From contig JAPOSH010000196.1 of the NCBI GenBank assembly GCA_026709815.1, positions 1 through 52,116 of the forward strand: a stretch of DNA of 52,116 nucleotides, written 5' to 3'. Within the stretch, counting starts at the first letter, position 1. Each line of letters opens with the position of its first letter. Under the pieces are notes generated by a model, which worked only from the letters and a program-made list of their open reading frames with translations, did not search any database and was not told the origin of the DNA. Positions 1 through 8,987 of this stretch are shown piece by piece. Origin of the DNA: a bacterium. GTDB lineage: Bacteria > Actinomycetota > Acidimicrobiia > Acidimicrobiales > Bin134. Made by a program: the position numbers and the translations under genes.

Positions 1-373
1 ACGTCGAGGAAGCCGCATCCAGCGCCCTCAGCGACACAGAGTGAGGCACGCCGTGTTCGGTCCTCTGGGCGGCGATGAACCCGGCCATCTCGCCGGTCAT
101 CGCGAAGCCTCGTTCACCCAGCCGACCACGGATCGTTTGAGGACATCGCGCTCCATCTCCAGCTCAGCGACCCTCTTGCGGAGCTTCGCCAGCTCGGCCC
201 GCTCATCCGCGGTCAGCCCGCTCGGCGCGGTCCTGGCGCACCCAGTTCCCGAGCGTGCCCTCACACACGCCCAGCTCCCGGGCCACGCGGGCCGCCGGCC
301 TGCCGGTCTCGTTCACGACCCGAACAGCCCCATCACGGAACTCCCGATCGAAACTCCTTCCCAATCTGGACAT
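1..373 (-). mobile_element. IS3-family insertion sequence fragment: transposase orfA with an internal frameshift plus the 5' end of orfB, which runs off the window
   Basis: Minus-strand translation from the ATG at 373 gives [49 protein letters not shown], an IS3 OrfA-type HTH, and stops at 203. The coiled-coil part [40 protein letters not shown] continues in a different frame to the stop at 97-99. orfB starts at 100 in an ATGA overlap ([22 protein letters not shown]...) and leaves the window. These pieces are too short for the supplied ORF track. Confidence 0.7.
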
Positions 374-585
374 AGCCCCTCCTCACAGAGCACGCCTCCA
401 CAAAAAGGGGGGAACCTCGCTGATTTCCGCGTTTACCGCTACGGCCCTGACAGATCACAGGCCTTCGTGGTCAAACCCTGAACCCGTCACAAGCCCTGTG
501 GCAGCCGCCGCGATGAGGCTGCCTGCTAGATTGCCGCTGATCGGGCCGATGGTTGTCGCTGCCGAGTGGGAGGCGAGGTGAGGCA

Positions 586-1587
586 ATGGAGTACGGGGTA
601 GTCCTTCAGACCGACCCCCCGGCGTGGCGGGTGGTGGAGTTGGCCAAACGGGCCGAGACCCTCGGCTTCCGCTACGGCTGGACGTTTGACAGCCACGTTT
701 TGTGGCAAGAGCCCTTCGTGATCTACAGCCAGATGCTCGCCGCCACCAACCGCATGGTGGTCGGGCCCATGGTCACCAACCCCGGCACCCGGGACTGGAC
801 GGTGACCGCGTCGCTGTTCGCCACCTTGAACGATATGTTCGGCAACCGCACCGTGTGCGGTATCGGCCGGGGCGACTCGGCCATGCGGGTGATCGGCCGC
901 AAGCCTTGCAGCCTGGCCACCCTGAGCGAGTCCATGCGGGTGATCAAGGATCTCGCTGAAGGCCGTGAGACCACCTGCAACCGCACGCAGCAGCGCCTCG
1001 GTTGGGCCGGTGAATCGGAGCTCAAGGTGCTGATGGCGGCCTACGGCCCGAAGGCCCTTCATGTGTGCGGCAGCGAGACTGACGGGTTCATCCTCCAGCT
1101 GGCCGACCCCGCCATCGCCGAGTGGACCATCGCCGCCGTCCGCCGGGCGGCCGAGCAGGCGGGCCGAGATCCCGACAGCCTCTACATCTGCGTGGCCGCG
1201 CCCGCCTATGTGGGCCACGACATCGCCCACCAGCGGGAGCAGTGCCGGTGGTTCGGCGGCATGGTGGGCAACCACGTGGCCGACCTGGTGGCCCGCTACG
1301 GTGACCAGGGCAAAGGCGTGCCCCAGGCGCTCACCGACTACATCGCCGGGCGACAGGGCTACGACTACCGCGGGCACGGCAAAGCGGGCCACGAGCACAC
1401 CGACTTCGTGCCCGACGAGATCATCGACCGCTTCTGCATTCTCGGTGGCGAGGACGCCCACCGGGCCAGATTGCGGGAGTTGGAGTCCCTCGGCGTGGAC
1501 CAGTTCGCCATCTACCTCATGCACGACCAGAAGGACGAGACCCTCAACGCGTATGGCCAGCGGATCATCCCGGCGATGGGCGGTTGA
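586..1587 (+). CDS. LLM-class (luciferase-like) F420-dependent oxidoreductase
   Basis: The ORF 553..1587 has a likely ATG at 586 (MEYGVVLQTDPP...) preceded by GGAGG. The TIM-barrel LLM pattern GWTFDSH...GPMVTNPGTRDWTVTAS...GIGRGDSA is typical of actinobacterial F420-dependent LLM enzymes. Confidence 0.8.
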   Translation: MEYGVVLQTDPPAWRVVELAKRAETLGFRYGWTFDSHVLWQEPFVIYSQMLAATNRMVVGPMVTNPGTRDWTVTASLFATLNDMFGNRTVCGIGRGDSAMRVIGRKPCSLATLSESMRVIKDLAEGRETTCNRTQQRLGWAGESELKVLMAAYGPKALHVCGSETDGFILQLADPAIAEWTIAAVRRAAEQAGRDPDSLYICVAAPAYVGHDIAHQREQCRWFGGMVGNHVADLVARYGDQGKGVPQALTDYIAGRQGYDYRGHGKAGHEHTDFVPDEIIDRFCILGGEDAHRARLRELESLGVDQFAIYLMHDQKDETLNAYGQRIIPAMGG

Positions 1588-1599
1588 GGGCGAAACAGC

Positions 1600-2577
1600 G
1601 TGCCGAATACCGACGCCATGGCTGAGGCGCACGATCCCCTCGTTTTCGAGCACCGTCTCAAGCAGCAGGCGGCCCTCGAGCAACGCCGCGACGCCGTGAT
1701 GCGAATCGTCCGCCAGACGGTGACCTTCACGGTATTCTTGGCTCTGCTGGTCGGCTTGTACACCGGCTACAAGGCGTTCGGCCAGTCCATCGACGACGCC
1801 CAGCACGACTGGGCCGTGATCGGGTCGGTGCTGCCCCGCACCGACGACCTGAACATGCCTCCGGTGAGCGAGATATTCGGCCAGTTCGGCGAGACGCCCG
1901 GAGGCCAAGACCAGATCTACGCGCGGATCCTGTTCGGCGAGGCCCTCTTCACCTTGAGAGAGGCCTTTGCCGGTTTCTTGGTGGGTTTGGTGATCGGCAT
2001 GGTCATCGCTTTGGCCCTGGCCCAGTGGCGCCGACTCGAACAGGGGCTGCTCCCCTATGTGGTCGCCAGCCAGACCGTTCCGCTCATCGCCATCGCCCCC
2101 ATCATCGTGATCTGGGGCCGCAAGAACTTCGATGTGTTCCCGTGGGAGTGGCAGGACTGGATGTCGGTGTCTGTCATCGCCACCTACCTCACGTTCTTTC
2201 CGGTGGCCGTCAACGGGCTGCGCGGGCTGCAGTCGCCCCGACCGGAGAACCAGGAGCTGATGGCCTCGTATGCGGCCACTTGGTGGCAGGCGCTGTGGCG
2301 CCTGCGCCTTCCCGCGTCGTTGCCCTACTTGTTCGCCGCACTCAAGATCGCGGCCACGGCCAGCATCGTGGGGGCCATCGTGGGCGAGATATCGGCCGGG
2401 GTTGAGGGCGGGCTCGGGCGTCGGATCCTGCGCGAGGCGTTCAATTACACAACCGGCCCGGACCGCTTGTTCGCCAGCGTGCTGGGTGCCGCGGTGTTGG
2501 GGATCTTCGTCTTCCTAGTGGTGACCGGAGTGGAGCGGCTGGTGGTCGGCCGCCATGGCGGGGGGGCCGCGACATGA
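1600..2577 (+). CDS. ABC transporter permease (NitT/TauT-type)
   Basis: 325 aa polytopic protein with the permease EAA-like region (SQTVPLIAIAPIIVIWG...). It sits directly upstream of, and overlaps, the ATPase gene. Confidence 0.85.
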   Translation: MPNTDAMAEAHDPLVFEHRLKQQAALEQRRDAVMRIVRQTVTFTVFLALLVGLYTGYKAFGQSIDDAQHDWAVIGSVLPRTDDLNMPPVSEIFGQFGETPGGQDQIYARILFGEALFTLREAFAGFLVGLVIGMVIALALAQWRRLEQGLLPYVVASQTVPLIAIAPIIVIWGRKNFDVFPWEWQDWMSVSVIATYLTFFPVAVNGLRGLQSPRPENQELMASYAATWWQALWRLRLPASLPYLFAALKIAATASIVGAIVGEISAGVEGGLGRRILREAFNYTTGPDRLFASVLGAAVLGIFVFLVVTGVERLVVGRHGGGAAT

Positions 2578-3341
2578 ACGCCATCGATGTCCGGGGGGTG
2601 GCCAAAGTCTTCAACCCGGGGAGAAGCAATCAGGTAGAGGCCCTGTCCGGGATCGATCTGTCGGTGGAGTCGGGGGAGTTCATCACGCTCATCGGCCCGT
2701 CAGGATGCGGCAAGAGCACCTTGCTGCGGCTCATCGCCTCGTTGCTCTCTCCGTCCGCCGGTTCGGTGCAGGTCAACGCCAAGCCGGCGGAGCAGGCCCG
2801 GCTCGACCGGGACTACGGCATGGCCTTCCAGACGGCCGGTCTGTTCGATTGGCGCACTGTGGCCAAGAACATCGAGTTGCCGCTCGAGCTGATGGGCTGG
2901 TCGAAAGGCGACCGGCGCCGAAGGTCCGCAGAGATGCTGGATCTCGTCAAGCTCGGCGAGTTCGCCAAGCACCATCCCTCCGAGCTGTCGGGCGGGATGC
3001 AGCAGCGGGTGGCCATCGCCCGAGCCCTGGCCTTCAGCCCATCGCTGTTACTGATGGACGAGCCGTTCGGGGCGCTCGACGAGATGACCCGCGAGCACAT
3101 GCAGGACGAGCTGCTGCGGATCTGGGGGGAGACCGGGACCACCGTGGTGTTCGTCACCCACTCCATCCCCGAAGCGGTGTACCTGTCCACTCGTGTCGTG
3201 GTGATGTCGCCCCGGCCCGGGCGGATCGCGGCGATCATCAACGCCGACCTCGGCGATCGCACCGCGGCCACCCGAGATGATACGGCGTTTTTCAAGAAGG
3301 TCACCGAGGTGCGCGTCGCCCTGAGGGACGTGGAAGGGTGA
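2574..3341 (+). CDS. ABC transporter ATP-binding protein (NitT/TauT-type)
   Basis: Walker A GPSGCGKST, ABC signature LSGGMQQRVAIARAL and Walker B LLLMDEPF. Both ends overlap the neighbouring genes by 4 nt. Confidence 0.95.
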   Translation: MNAIDVRGVAKVFNPGRSNQVEALSGIDLSVESGEFITLIGPSGCGKSTLLRLIASLLSPSAGSVQVNAKPAEQARLDRDYGMAFQTAGLFDWRTVAKNIELPLELMGWSKGDRRRRSAEMLDLVKLGEFAKHHPSELSGGMQQRVAIARALAFSPSLLLMDEPFGALDEMTREHMQDELLRIWGETGTTVVFVTHSIPEAVYLSTRVVVMSPRPGRIAAIINADLGDRTAATRDDTAFFKKVTEVRVALRDVEG

Positions 3342-4117
3342 ACGCGCTCAAGGGGCTCTCCGCCCCCCTCGCGGCCGGTGTGGTGATCTTCGGCTTGTGG
3401 CAGGGCGCCCTGTCTTTGCTCGACCCCGACGGCTTTGTCCTGCCCGCCCCCTCCGAGATCGTCGGCGCCCTGATCGACAACTGGGACGAGGTGTATCAGG
3501 GCACTCGCATTACCGGCTTCGTCGTGGTGTCCGGGCTGCTCGCCGGGATTCTCCTCGGCGCCGCCGCCGCTTTGCTGGTCACCCGCTTTCGGACCGCCAA
3601 CGAGACCATCACGCCCCTGGCCGTGGCGGTGAACGCCATTCCCATCATCGCCCTGGCGCCGATCTTCAACAATTGGTTCGGGCTGACCTCGCCCCGGTCG
3701 AACCAGGCCATCGTGGTGGCGCTGGTTTTCTTCCCCGTGTTCATCAACACCGCCAGGGGCCTCGTCCGGGTGGATCCAAGCCAAGTCGAGCTCATGGAGT
3801 CCTACGCCGCCAACCGCTGGCGCATCACCCGCGAAGTGCGGATTCCCAACGCGATGCCGTTTTTCTTCACCGCGCTGAAGCTGGCCACCTCGCTGGCCGT
3901 GATCGCCGCCATCGTGGCCGAGTACTTCGGCGGCCGACAAGACGCCCTGGGCCCCATGATCACACAATCGGCGGGTCTCACCCGATACGACGAAGCCTGG
4001 GCCGCGGTGCTGGCCGGTGCTGCCATCGGGGCGGTGCTGTATGGTGTCGTGCTTGTGTTCGAGCGGGTGGCCATGCCCTGGCACTCACTGATCAGATCTC
4101 ATAGAGAAGAGCCATGA
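3338..4117 (+). CDS. ABC transporter permease (second subunit)
   Basis: 259 aa polytopic protein, paralogous to 1600..2577 (AVNAIPIIALAPIFNNWFG). Its GTG start overlaps the ATPase stop. Confidence 0.85.
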   Translation: MNALKGLSAPLAAGVVIFGLWQGALSLLDPDGFVLPAPSEIVGALIDNWDEVYQGTRITGFVVVSGLLAGILLGAAAALLVTRFRTANETITPLAVAVNAIPIIALAPIFNNWFGLTSPRSNQAIVVALVFFPVFINTARGLVRVDPSQVELMESYAANRWRITREVRIPNAMPFFFTALKLATSLAVIAAIVAEYFGGRQDALGPMITQSAGLTRYDEAWAAVLAGAAIGAVLYGVVLVFERVAMPWHSLIRSHREEP

Positions 4118-5277
4118 AAGGAAGAGATATGACCGCACGAAGAATCTGGCGTCTGCTGGCCGTCTTGCTCGTCTTCGGTCTCGTGGCCGCGTCCTGCGGT
4201 AATGACGACGATGACGCGAGCGAGCCCGCGCCCGCCACTGAGGCTGCTGAGTCGATGGAGATGCAGGAAGTCTCGCTGCAACTCCAGTGGGTGCCGCAGT
4301 CTCAGTTCGCGGGCTATTTCGCGGCCCGCGACCTCGGGTTCTACGAGGACGTCGGCCTTGAGGTGACCATCGTGGATGGCAGCGTCGACATCGTGCCGGC
4401 CACGGTTCTGGACTCCGGGGCCGCCGACTTCGCCATCTCGTGGGTGCCGCGTGGCCTCGTGCCCCGCGAGGAGGGGCTGAACATCACCAACATCGCCCAG
4501 GTGTTCCAGCGCAGCGGCACTTTGCAGGTGTCGTTCGCCGACGCTGGCATCACCGGTCCGGACGACCTCGAGGGCACGCTGGTGGGCAACTGGGGCTTCG
4601 GCAACGAGCTGGAGATGTTCGCCGGCCTCAACAGCGTGGGCCTCGACCCGCAGTCCGACGTGACCCTGGTGCAGCAGGACTTCAACATGACCGCGCTCAT
4701 CAACGGCGACATCGACTCCGCCCAGGCGATGATCTACAACGAGTACGCTCAGGTGCTCGAGACGATCAACCCCGACACCGGCGAGCTCTTCCAGCCCGAG
4801 GACTTTTCCGTCATCGACTGGAATGACGTCGGCACGGCCATGCTGCAAGACGCCATCTGGGCCGACGCCGACAGGCTGGAGACCGATGCCGAGTACCGCG
4901 ACATGGCGGTTCGCTTCGTGGAGGCGTCGTTGCGGGGCTGGATCCACTGCCGCGACAACTTCCAAGAGTGCGTCGACATCGTGGTGGCCGCCTCACCGCC
5001 CTTCGGCGGGCCGGGGCACCAGGCGTGGATGATGAACGAGATCAACGCCCTCATCTGGCCGTCGCCCGGCGGCGTCGGGGTCATGGATCAGGCCCTGTAC
5101 GACCAGACCATCGACGTGGCCACCTCTCAGGGCATCCTCCAGGCCGCTCCCGATGCCGGCGCATTCCGAACGGACATCGCCGAAGAGGCGGTAGCCAACC
5201 TGCAAGCCGCGGGCCTCGACGTATACGGCAACGACTTCGCTCGCCGCACCGTCGAGCTGACAGAGGGCGGCAACTGA
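4114..5277 (+). CDS. ABC transporter substrate-binding lipoprotein (NMT1/THI5-like, SsuA/TauA class)
   Basis: Signal peptide with lipobox LVAASCGNDDDD. The pattern LQLQWVPQSQFAGYFAA...GFY is typical of NMT1/THI5-like periplasmic binding proteins. The start could be 4114 or 4129. Confidence 0.8.
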   Translation: MKGRDMTARRIWRLLAVLLVFGLVAASCGNDDDDASEPAPATEAAESMEMQEVSLQLQWVPQSQFAGYFAARDLGFYEDVGLEVTIVDGSVDIVPATVLDSGAADFAISWVPRGLVPREEGLNITNIAQVFQRSGTLQVSFADAGITGPDDLEGTLVGNWGFGNELEMFAGLNSVGLDPQSDVTLVQQDFNMTALINGDIDSAQAMIYNEYAQVLETINPDTGELFQPEDFSVIDWNDVGTAMLQDAIWADADRLETDAEYRDMAVRFVEASLRGWIHCRDNFQECVDIVVAASPPFGGPGHQAWMMNEINALIWPSPGGVGVMDQALYDQTIDVATSQGILQAAPDAGAFRTDIAEEAVANLQAAGLDVYGNDFARRTVELTEGGN

Positions 5278-5281
5278 ACGC

Positions 5282-6205
5282 ATGAAATACAGCTTCGGGT
5301 TTCCGCTGATGGCCCATCCGCAGAACCCCGAGTTCCTGACCGCGGCGGCCATTGCCGAGTTGGCCCAGGCGGCCGAGGCCGCGGGGTTCGACTGCTGCTG
5401 GCTGACCGAGCACCCGCTGCCCGGCGACCGCTGGCTGGCCAGCGGGGGCCACGATGCCCTGGACCCTTTCGTGGGCCTGGCCGTGGCGGCCGGCGCCACA
5501 TCGCGGCTGCGGCTGCTCACCAACCTGAGCCCGCTGCCGTATCGCAACCCGGCCATCTTGGCCAAGACGGTGGCCACCTTGGATCGCCTCAGCGGCGGCC
5601 GGGTCGTACTCGGTGCGGGGGTGGGCTACCTGGAGTCGGAATACGAGGCGGTGGGGGTGGACTTCGAGCGGCGCAATGCCCTGTTCGACGAGAGCCTCGA
5701 AGTCATGCGACTGATCTGGACCGGAGAGACGGTGAACTACCAGGGGCTCAACTTCACCATTGCCGACAGCACCGGGCTCCCCACGCCGGTGCAGTCACCG
5801 GTGCCGGTGTGGATCGGGGGCAACTCCAAGCTGTCCCGCCGCCGGGTGGCGGAGAAAGCCCAGGGGTGGATGCCCATGCCAAACCCGGCGGCGCTGGCGT
5901 CGCGCCGCCGCTCGGCTCATTTGGAGACCCTTGAGGATCTGGCCGCCATGATCGCCTATCTCCGAGACCATGCCGCCTCGGTGGGCCGAAGCGACCCCAT
6001 CGACATCAAGTACATGGATCTCGAAACCGGGGCCGTGGGAACGCCGGGCTGGAATCCCGACCGGCACTTGGAGAACATCGCCGCGCAGGGCGCCATCGGG
6101 GTGACCAGCATGGCGGCGCCCATTGCCGGGGAGACTCGCTCGCAGTTTGCCGATGCCCTGCACCAATACGGTGAGGAGATCATCGCCTATCGTGAGAGCC
6201 ACTGA
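5282..6205 (+). CDS. LLM-class F420-dependent oxidoreductase
   Basis: WLTEHPL...LLTNLSPLPYRNPAILAKTVATLDRLSGGRVVLGAGVGYLESEY matches the LLM F420-dependent oxidoreductase pattern. Confidence 0.8.
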   Translation: MKYSFGFPLMAHPQNPEFLTAAAIAELAQAAEAAGFDCCWLTEHPLPGDRWLASGGHDALDPFVGLAVAAGATSRLRLLTNLSPLPYRNPAILAKTVATLDRLSGGRVVLGAGVGYLESEYEAVGVDFERRNALFDESLEVMRLIWTGETVNYQGLNFTIADSTGLPTPVQSPVPVWIGGNSKLSRRRVAEKAQGWMPMPNPAALASRRRSAHLETLEDLAAMIAYLRDHAASVGRSDPIDIKYMDLETGAVGTPGWNPDRHLENIAAQGAIGVTSMAAPIAGETRSQFADALHQYGEEIIAYRESH

Positions 6206-6244
6206 GCGCGGCATCTGTTGCGGTTGCCGGGAAAGGAGATTCCC

Positions 6245-6916
6245 ATGTTGAGGTTCGTTGAAGAGATTCTCCTGTTGTTGTTGCGTGACGATAACGGAAA
6301 GTTCATCAACGTCACGCAATCTTCCATCGATCGGGCGGTGGCCGGGGCCGTGCTGATGGAGCTGGCCATGGAAAACCGGATCGACACCGACTTGGACCAG
6401 CTCGTCTTGCTCGATGCCACCCCGGTGGGCGACAGCCTCCTGGATCCGACGCTGGCCATGATTGCCGAGGGGCAGGGGGCCGAAGGGGAAAAGAGCGATG
6501 CCCGCCAGTGGGTGGGCCAGACCGCGCAGATGGCGTCGGGGATCCGGGAGGCGGCGCTGGACCGGTTGGTGGAGCGGGGCATTCTGGAGCGCCAGGATGA
6601 CCGCTTTTTGTGGGTGTTCCGGTCGCGCCGCTATCCCACCGTCGACGGCGAGGCCGAGAGAGAGGTCAAGCTGCGGATCATGGGGGTGCTGTTCAGCAAT
6701 GAAATCCCCAGCCCCCGCGATGTGGTGATCATCAGCCTGGCCCATGCCTGCGGCATCTTCAGCGAGCTGCTCTCCCGGCGGGAGCTGGAACAAGCCGGCG
6801 CCCGTATCGAGCAGGTGCGCAAGCTCGACCTCATCGGGCAGGCCATGTCCCAGTCGATCCAAGACTTCGAGGTCTGGCTGGCCAACGCTGCGATCCAAGG
6901 TCGCGGCTTCTTCTAG
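6245..6916 (+). CDS. GPP34 (GOLPH3-like) family protein
   Basis: The ATG at 6245 follows GGAAAGGAGA. MLRFVEEILLLLLRDDNGKF...AGAVLMELAMENRI...LVERGILERQDDRFLWVFRSRRYP matches the bacterial GPP34 family pattern. Confidence 0.7.
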   Translation: MLRFVEEILLLLLRDDNGKFINVTQSSIDRAVAGAVLMELAMENRIDTDLDQLVLLDATPVGDSLLDPTLAMIAEGQGAEGEKSDARQWVGQTAQMASGIREAALDRLVERGILERQDDRFLWVFRSRRYPTVDGEAEREVKLRIMGVLFSNEIPSPRDVVIISLAHACGIFSELLSRRELEQAGARIEQVRKLDLIGQAMSQSIQDFEVWLANAAIQGRGFF

Positions 6917-6951
6917 GCGGTGGCCATCGCCGGCCCCCCTGCGGAGGCACG

Positions 6952-7806
6952 ATGAGTTGGTTCGACGGTTCGCCCTTGGCCCACAAGGTGGCCTTGGTCA
7001 CCGGGGCCAGCCGGGGCATCGGCAAGGGATGCGCCCTGGAGCTGGCCGCCGCCGGGGCCGCGGTGTACGTCACCGGGCGCACCACCGGCGCCGGGCAACA
7101 CCCGTTGCCGGGCACGGTGCAGGCCACCGCCTCCGAGATCGAGGCTGCGGGCGGCGCCGCGGTAGCAGTGGCCTGTGATCACCGCGACGACGACGCTGTG
7201 CGGGCGGTGTTCGAGCAGATCGCCGCTGAACAGGGCCGACTGGACGTGCTGGTGAACAACGCCTTCGCCATTCCCGACGAGCTGACGGCCATGCTGCCGT
7301 TCTGGGAGGTGCCCATCTCCAACTGGGACGACATGATGGACGTGGGCACCCGCTCGGCCTATGTGGCGTCGGTGCTGGCCGCCCCGGTGATGATCGGCCA
7401 GGGCGACGGGCTGATCGCCAACATCAGCTCCTCAGGGGCGGTTGAGTACGCCTGGCATGTGGCCTACGGGGTGGGCAAGTGCGCGCTCGACCGCATGACC
7501 GCCGACTGCGCCCGAGAGCTGGCGGACACCGGGGTGTCGATGGTGTCGGTGTGGCCCGGTTTCGTGCGCACCGAGCGCATCAATGCCGCCGTCGATTCCG
7601 GGGTGGAGCTGCCGCCGAGCCTGGACGTGTCGGCGGCCGAGTCGCCCCGGTTCACCGGACGGGCGGTGGCCGCGCTGGCCATCGACGCCGACCGGTCTCG
7701 CCGCACCGGCCAGGCGGTGTCGGCCCGGGCCCTGGCCGACGCCTACGGCTTCACCGATATCGACGGCCGTTTGCCTTCCGGCCCCTTGCACGACCGCACC
7801 GGCTGA
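6952..7806 (+). CDS. SDR family oxidoreductase
   Basis: Rossmann motif VTGASRGIGKG, NNAF, and catalytic YGVGKCAL (YxxxK). Confidence 0.9.
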   Translation: MSWFDGSPLAHKVALVTGASRGIGKGCALELAAAGAAVYVTGRTTGAGQHPLPGTVQATASEIEAAGGAAVAVACDHRDDDAVRAVFEQIAAEQGRLDVLVNNAFAIPDELTAMLPFWEVPISNWDDMMDVGTRSAYVASVLAAPVMIGQGDGLIANISSSGAVEYAWHVAYGVGKCALDRMTADCARELADTGVSMVSVWPGFVRTERINAAVDSGVELPPSLDVSAAESPRFTGRAVAALAIDADRSRRTGQAVSARALADAYGFTDIDGRLPSGPLHDRTG

Positions 7807-7822
7807 TTGCCGGGAGGGGCCA

Positions 7823-8950
7823 TTGACCGCGGTCGAGCCGTTCGCCATCGAGGTGGCCCATGAGGTGCTCGATGACCTGCATCGACGCCTCGACGCCACC
7901 CGGTGGTTCGACCCGCTGGCCGGCGCCGGGTGGGACGAGGGCATCGATTTGGATTACCTCAAGGAGTTGTGCCGCTACTGGCGCCACGACTTCGACTGGC
8001 GTGCCGTCGAAGCCCGGCTCAACAGGCTTCCCCAGTACACCACGGTCATCGACAGCCAGCGGCTGCACTTCATCCACGCCCGCAGCCGCAATCCCGACGC
8101 CATGGCGCTTGTTGTCCACCACGGGTGGCCCGGCTCTGTCACCGAGTTCGCCAAGGTGGTCGAGCCGCTGAGAGAGCATTTCCACGTGGTGTGCCCGTCG
8201 CTGCCCGGCTACGGCTTCTCCGGTCCTACCGCCGAGCCCGGCTGGACGCCCCGGCGGATGGCCGCCGCTTCGTTGAAGCTGATGAGCCGCCTGGGTTACG
8301 AGCGGTTCGGCGCGCAGGGCGGAGACTGGGGGGCCATGGTCACCGCGCAAATGGCCTTGGGCGCTCCAGAACGGCTGGCGGGCATCCACCTGAACCTGAT
8401 GATCACCCCCGAGCCCCCGCCCGGCGCCGTGCGCGATTTGACCGCGGAGGAGTTGGCCGACCAGGCCGAGGCCCGGGCTCGCAACCGGCTGGAGCGGGGT
8501 TATCGGGAGCAGCAGGCCACCCGGCCGCAGTCGCTGTCGGTGGGGCTGAACGACTCCCCGGCCGGGCTGGCCGCCTGGATTGTGGAGAAGTTCCGGGCCT
8601 GGAGCGACATCGGCCCCGACAATGACATCGGGGCCGCCTTCACCAAGGACGAGCTGCTGGCCAATGTGATGGTCTACTGGGTGACCGGCACCATTGCCTC
8701 GGCCAACCGCCTCTACTACGAGACGCGTGTCGGCGGACGGGGCTCTTCGGCGCCGGATCGGCGGGTGGAGGCGCCCACCGCCTATGCCCGTTTCCCCGGC
8801 GACGGCATCAGCCCCCTGCGGCACTGGGCGGAATACTGGTACAACATCGTCCGCTGGACCGAGATGCCCCGTGGCGGCCACTTCGCCTCCCTCGAAGCGC
8901 CCGACCTGTATGTCGCTGAAGTGGTCGAGTTCTTCGATAGCCTCAGATGA
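7823..8950 (+). CDS. Epoxide hydrolase (EHN N-terminal domain plus alpha/beta hydrolase fold)
   Basis: PFAIEVAHEVLDDLHRRLDATRW...LKELCRYWRHDFDWRAVEARLN...HFIHARS...HGWPGS. The likely TTG start at 7823 follows GGGAGGGG. The longer ORF from 7583 overlaps the SDR gene. Confidence 0.85.
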   Translation: MTAVEPFAIEVAHEVLDDLHRRLDATRWFDPLAGAGWDEGIDLDYLKELCRYWRHDFDWRAVEARLNRLPQYTTVIDSQRLHFIHARSRNPDAMALVVHHGWPGSVTEFAKVVEPLREHFHVVCPSLPGYGFSGPTAEPGWTPRRMAAASLKLMSRLGYERFGAQGGDWGAMVTAQMALGAPERLAGIHLNLMITPEPPPGAVRDLTAEELADQAEARARNRLERGYREQQATRPQSLSVGLNDSPAGLAAWIVEKFRAWSDIGPDNDIGAAFTKDELLANVMVYWVTGTIASANRLYYETRVGGRGSSAPDRRVEAPTAYARFPGDGISPLRHWAEYWYNIVRWTEMPRGGHFASLEAPDLYVAEVVEFFDSLR

Positions 8951-8987
8951 TGCTAGCGCGACGACCAAGACGCGGGCGCAAAGAGAG

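Noticed and set aside
41-581. Plus-strand ORFs 41..481 and 255..581.
   Set aside because: They are antisense to the recognisable IS3 transposase fragments and have a Ser/Arg/Pro-rich composition with no motifs.
526-1908. Long antisense or shadow ORFs throughout the window. Examples: 526..1908(-), 2813..4084(-), 5795..6898(-), 7751..9166(-), 12498..13856(+), 16647..17948(-), 18170..19522(-), 28726..30171(-), 31329..32585(-), 33662..34825(-), 37704..39143(+), 41566..42657(+), 44898..46130(-).
   Set aside because: They lie opposite or out of frame to genes with clear family motifs. Their products are Arg/Gly/Pro/His-rich low-complexity sequence typical of stop-codon-poor high-GC DNA, and none shows a recognisable motif.
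7583-7822. The 5' extension of the epoxide hydrolase ORF, which overlaps the SDR gene.
   Set aside because: The extension is Pro/Arg-rich shadow sequence. Homology to the EHN domain begins right after the TTG at 7823, which has a GGGAGGGG SD.
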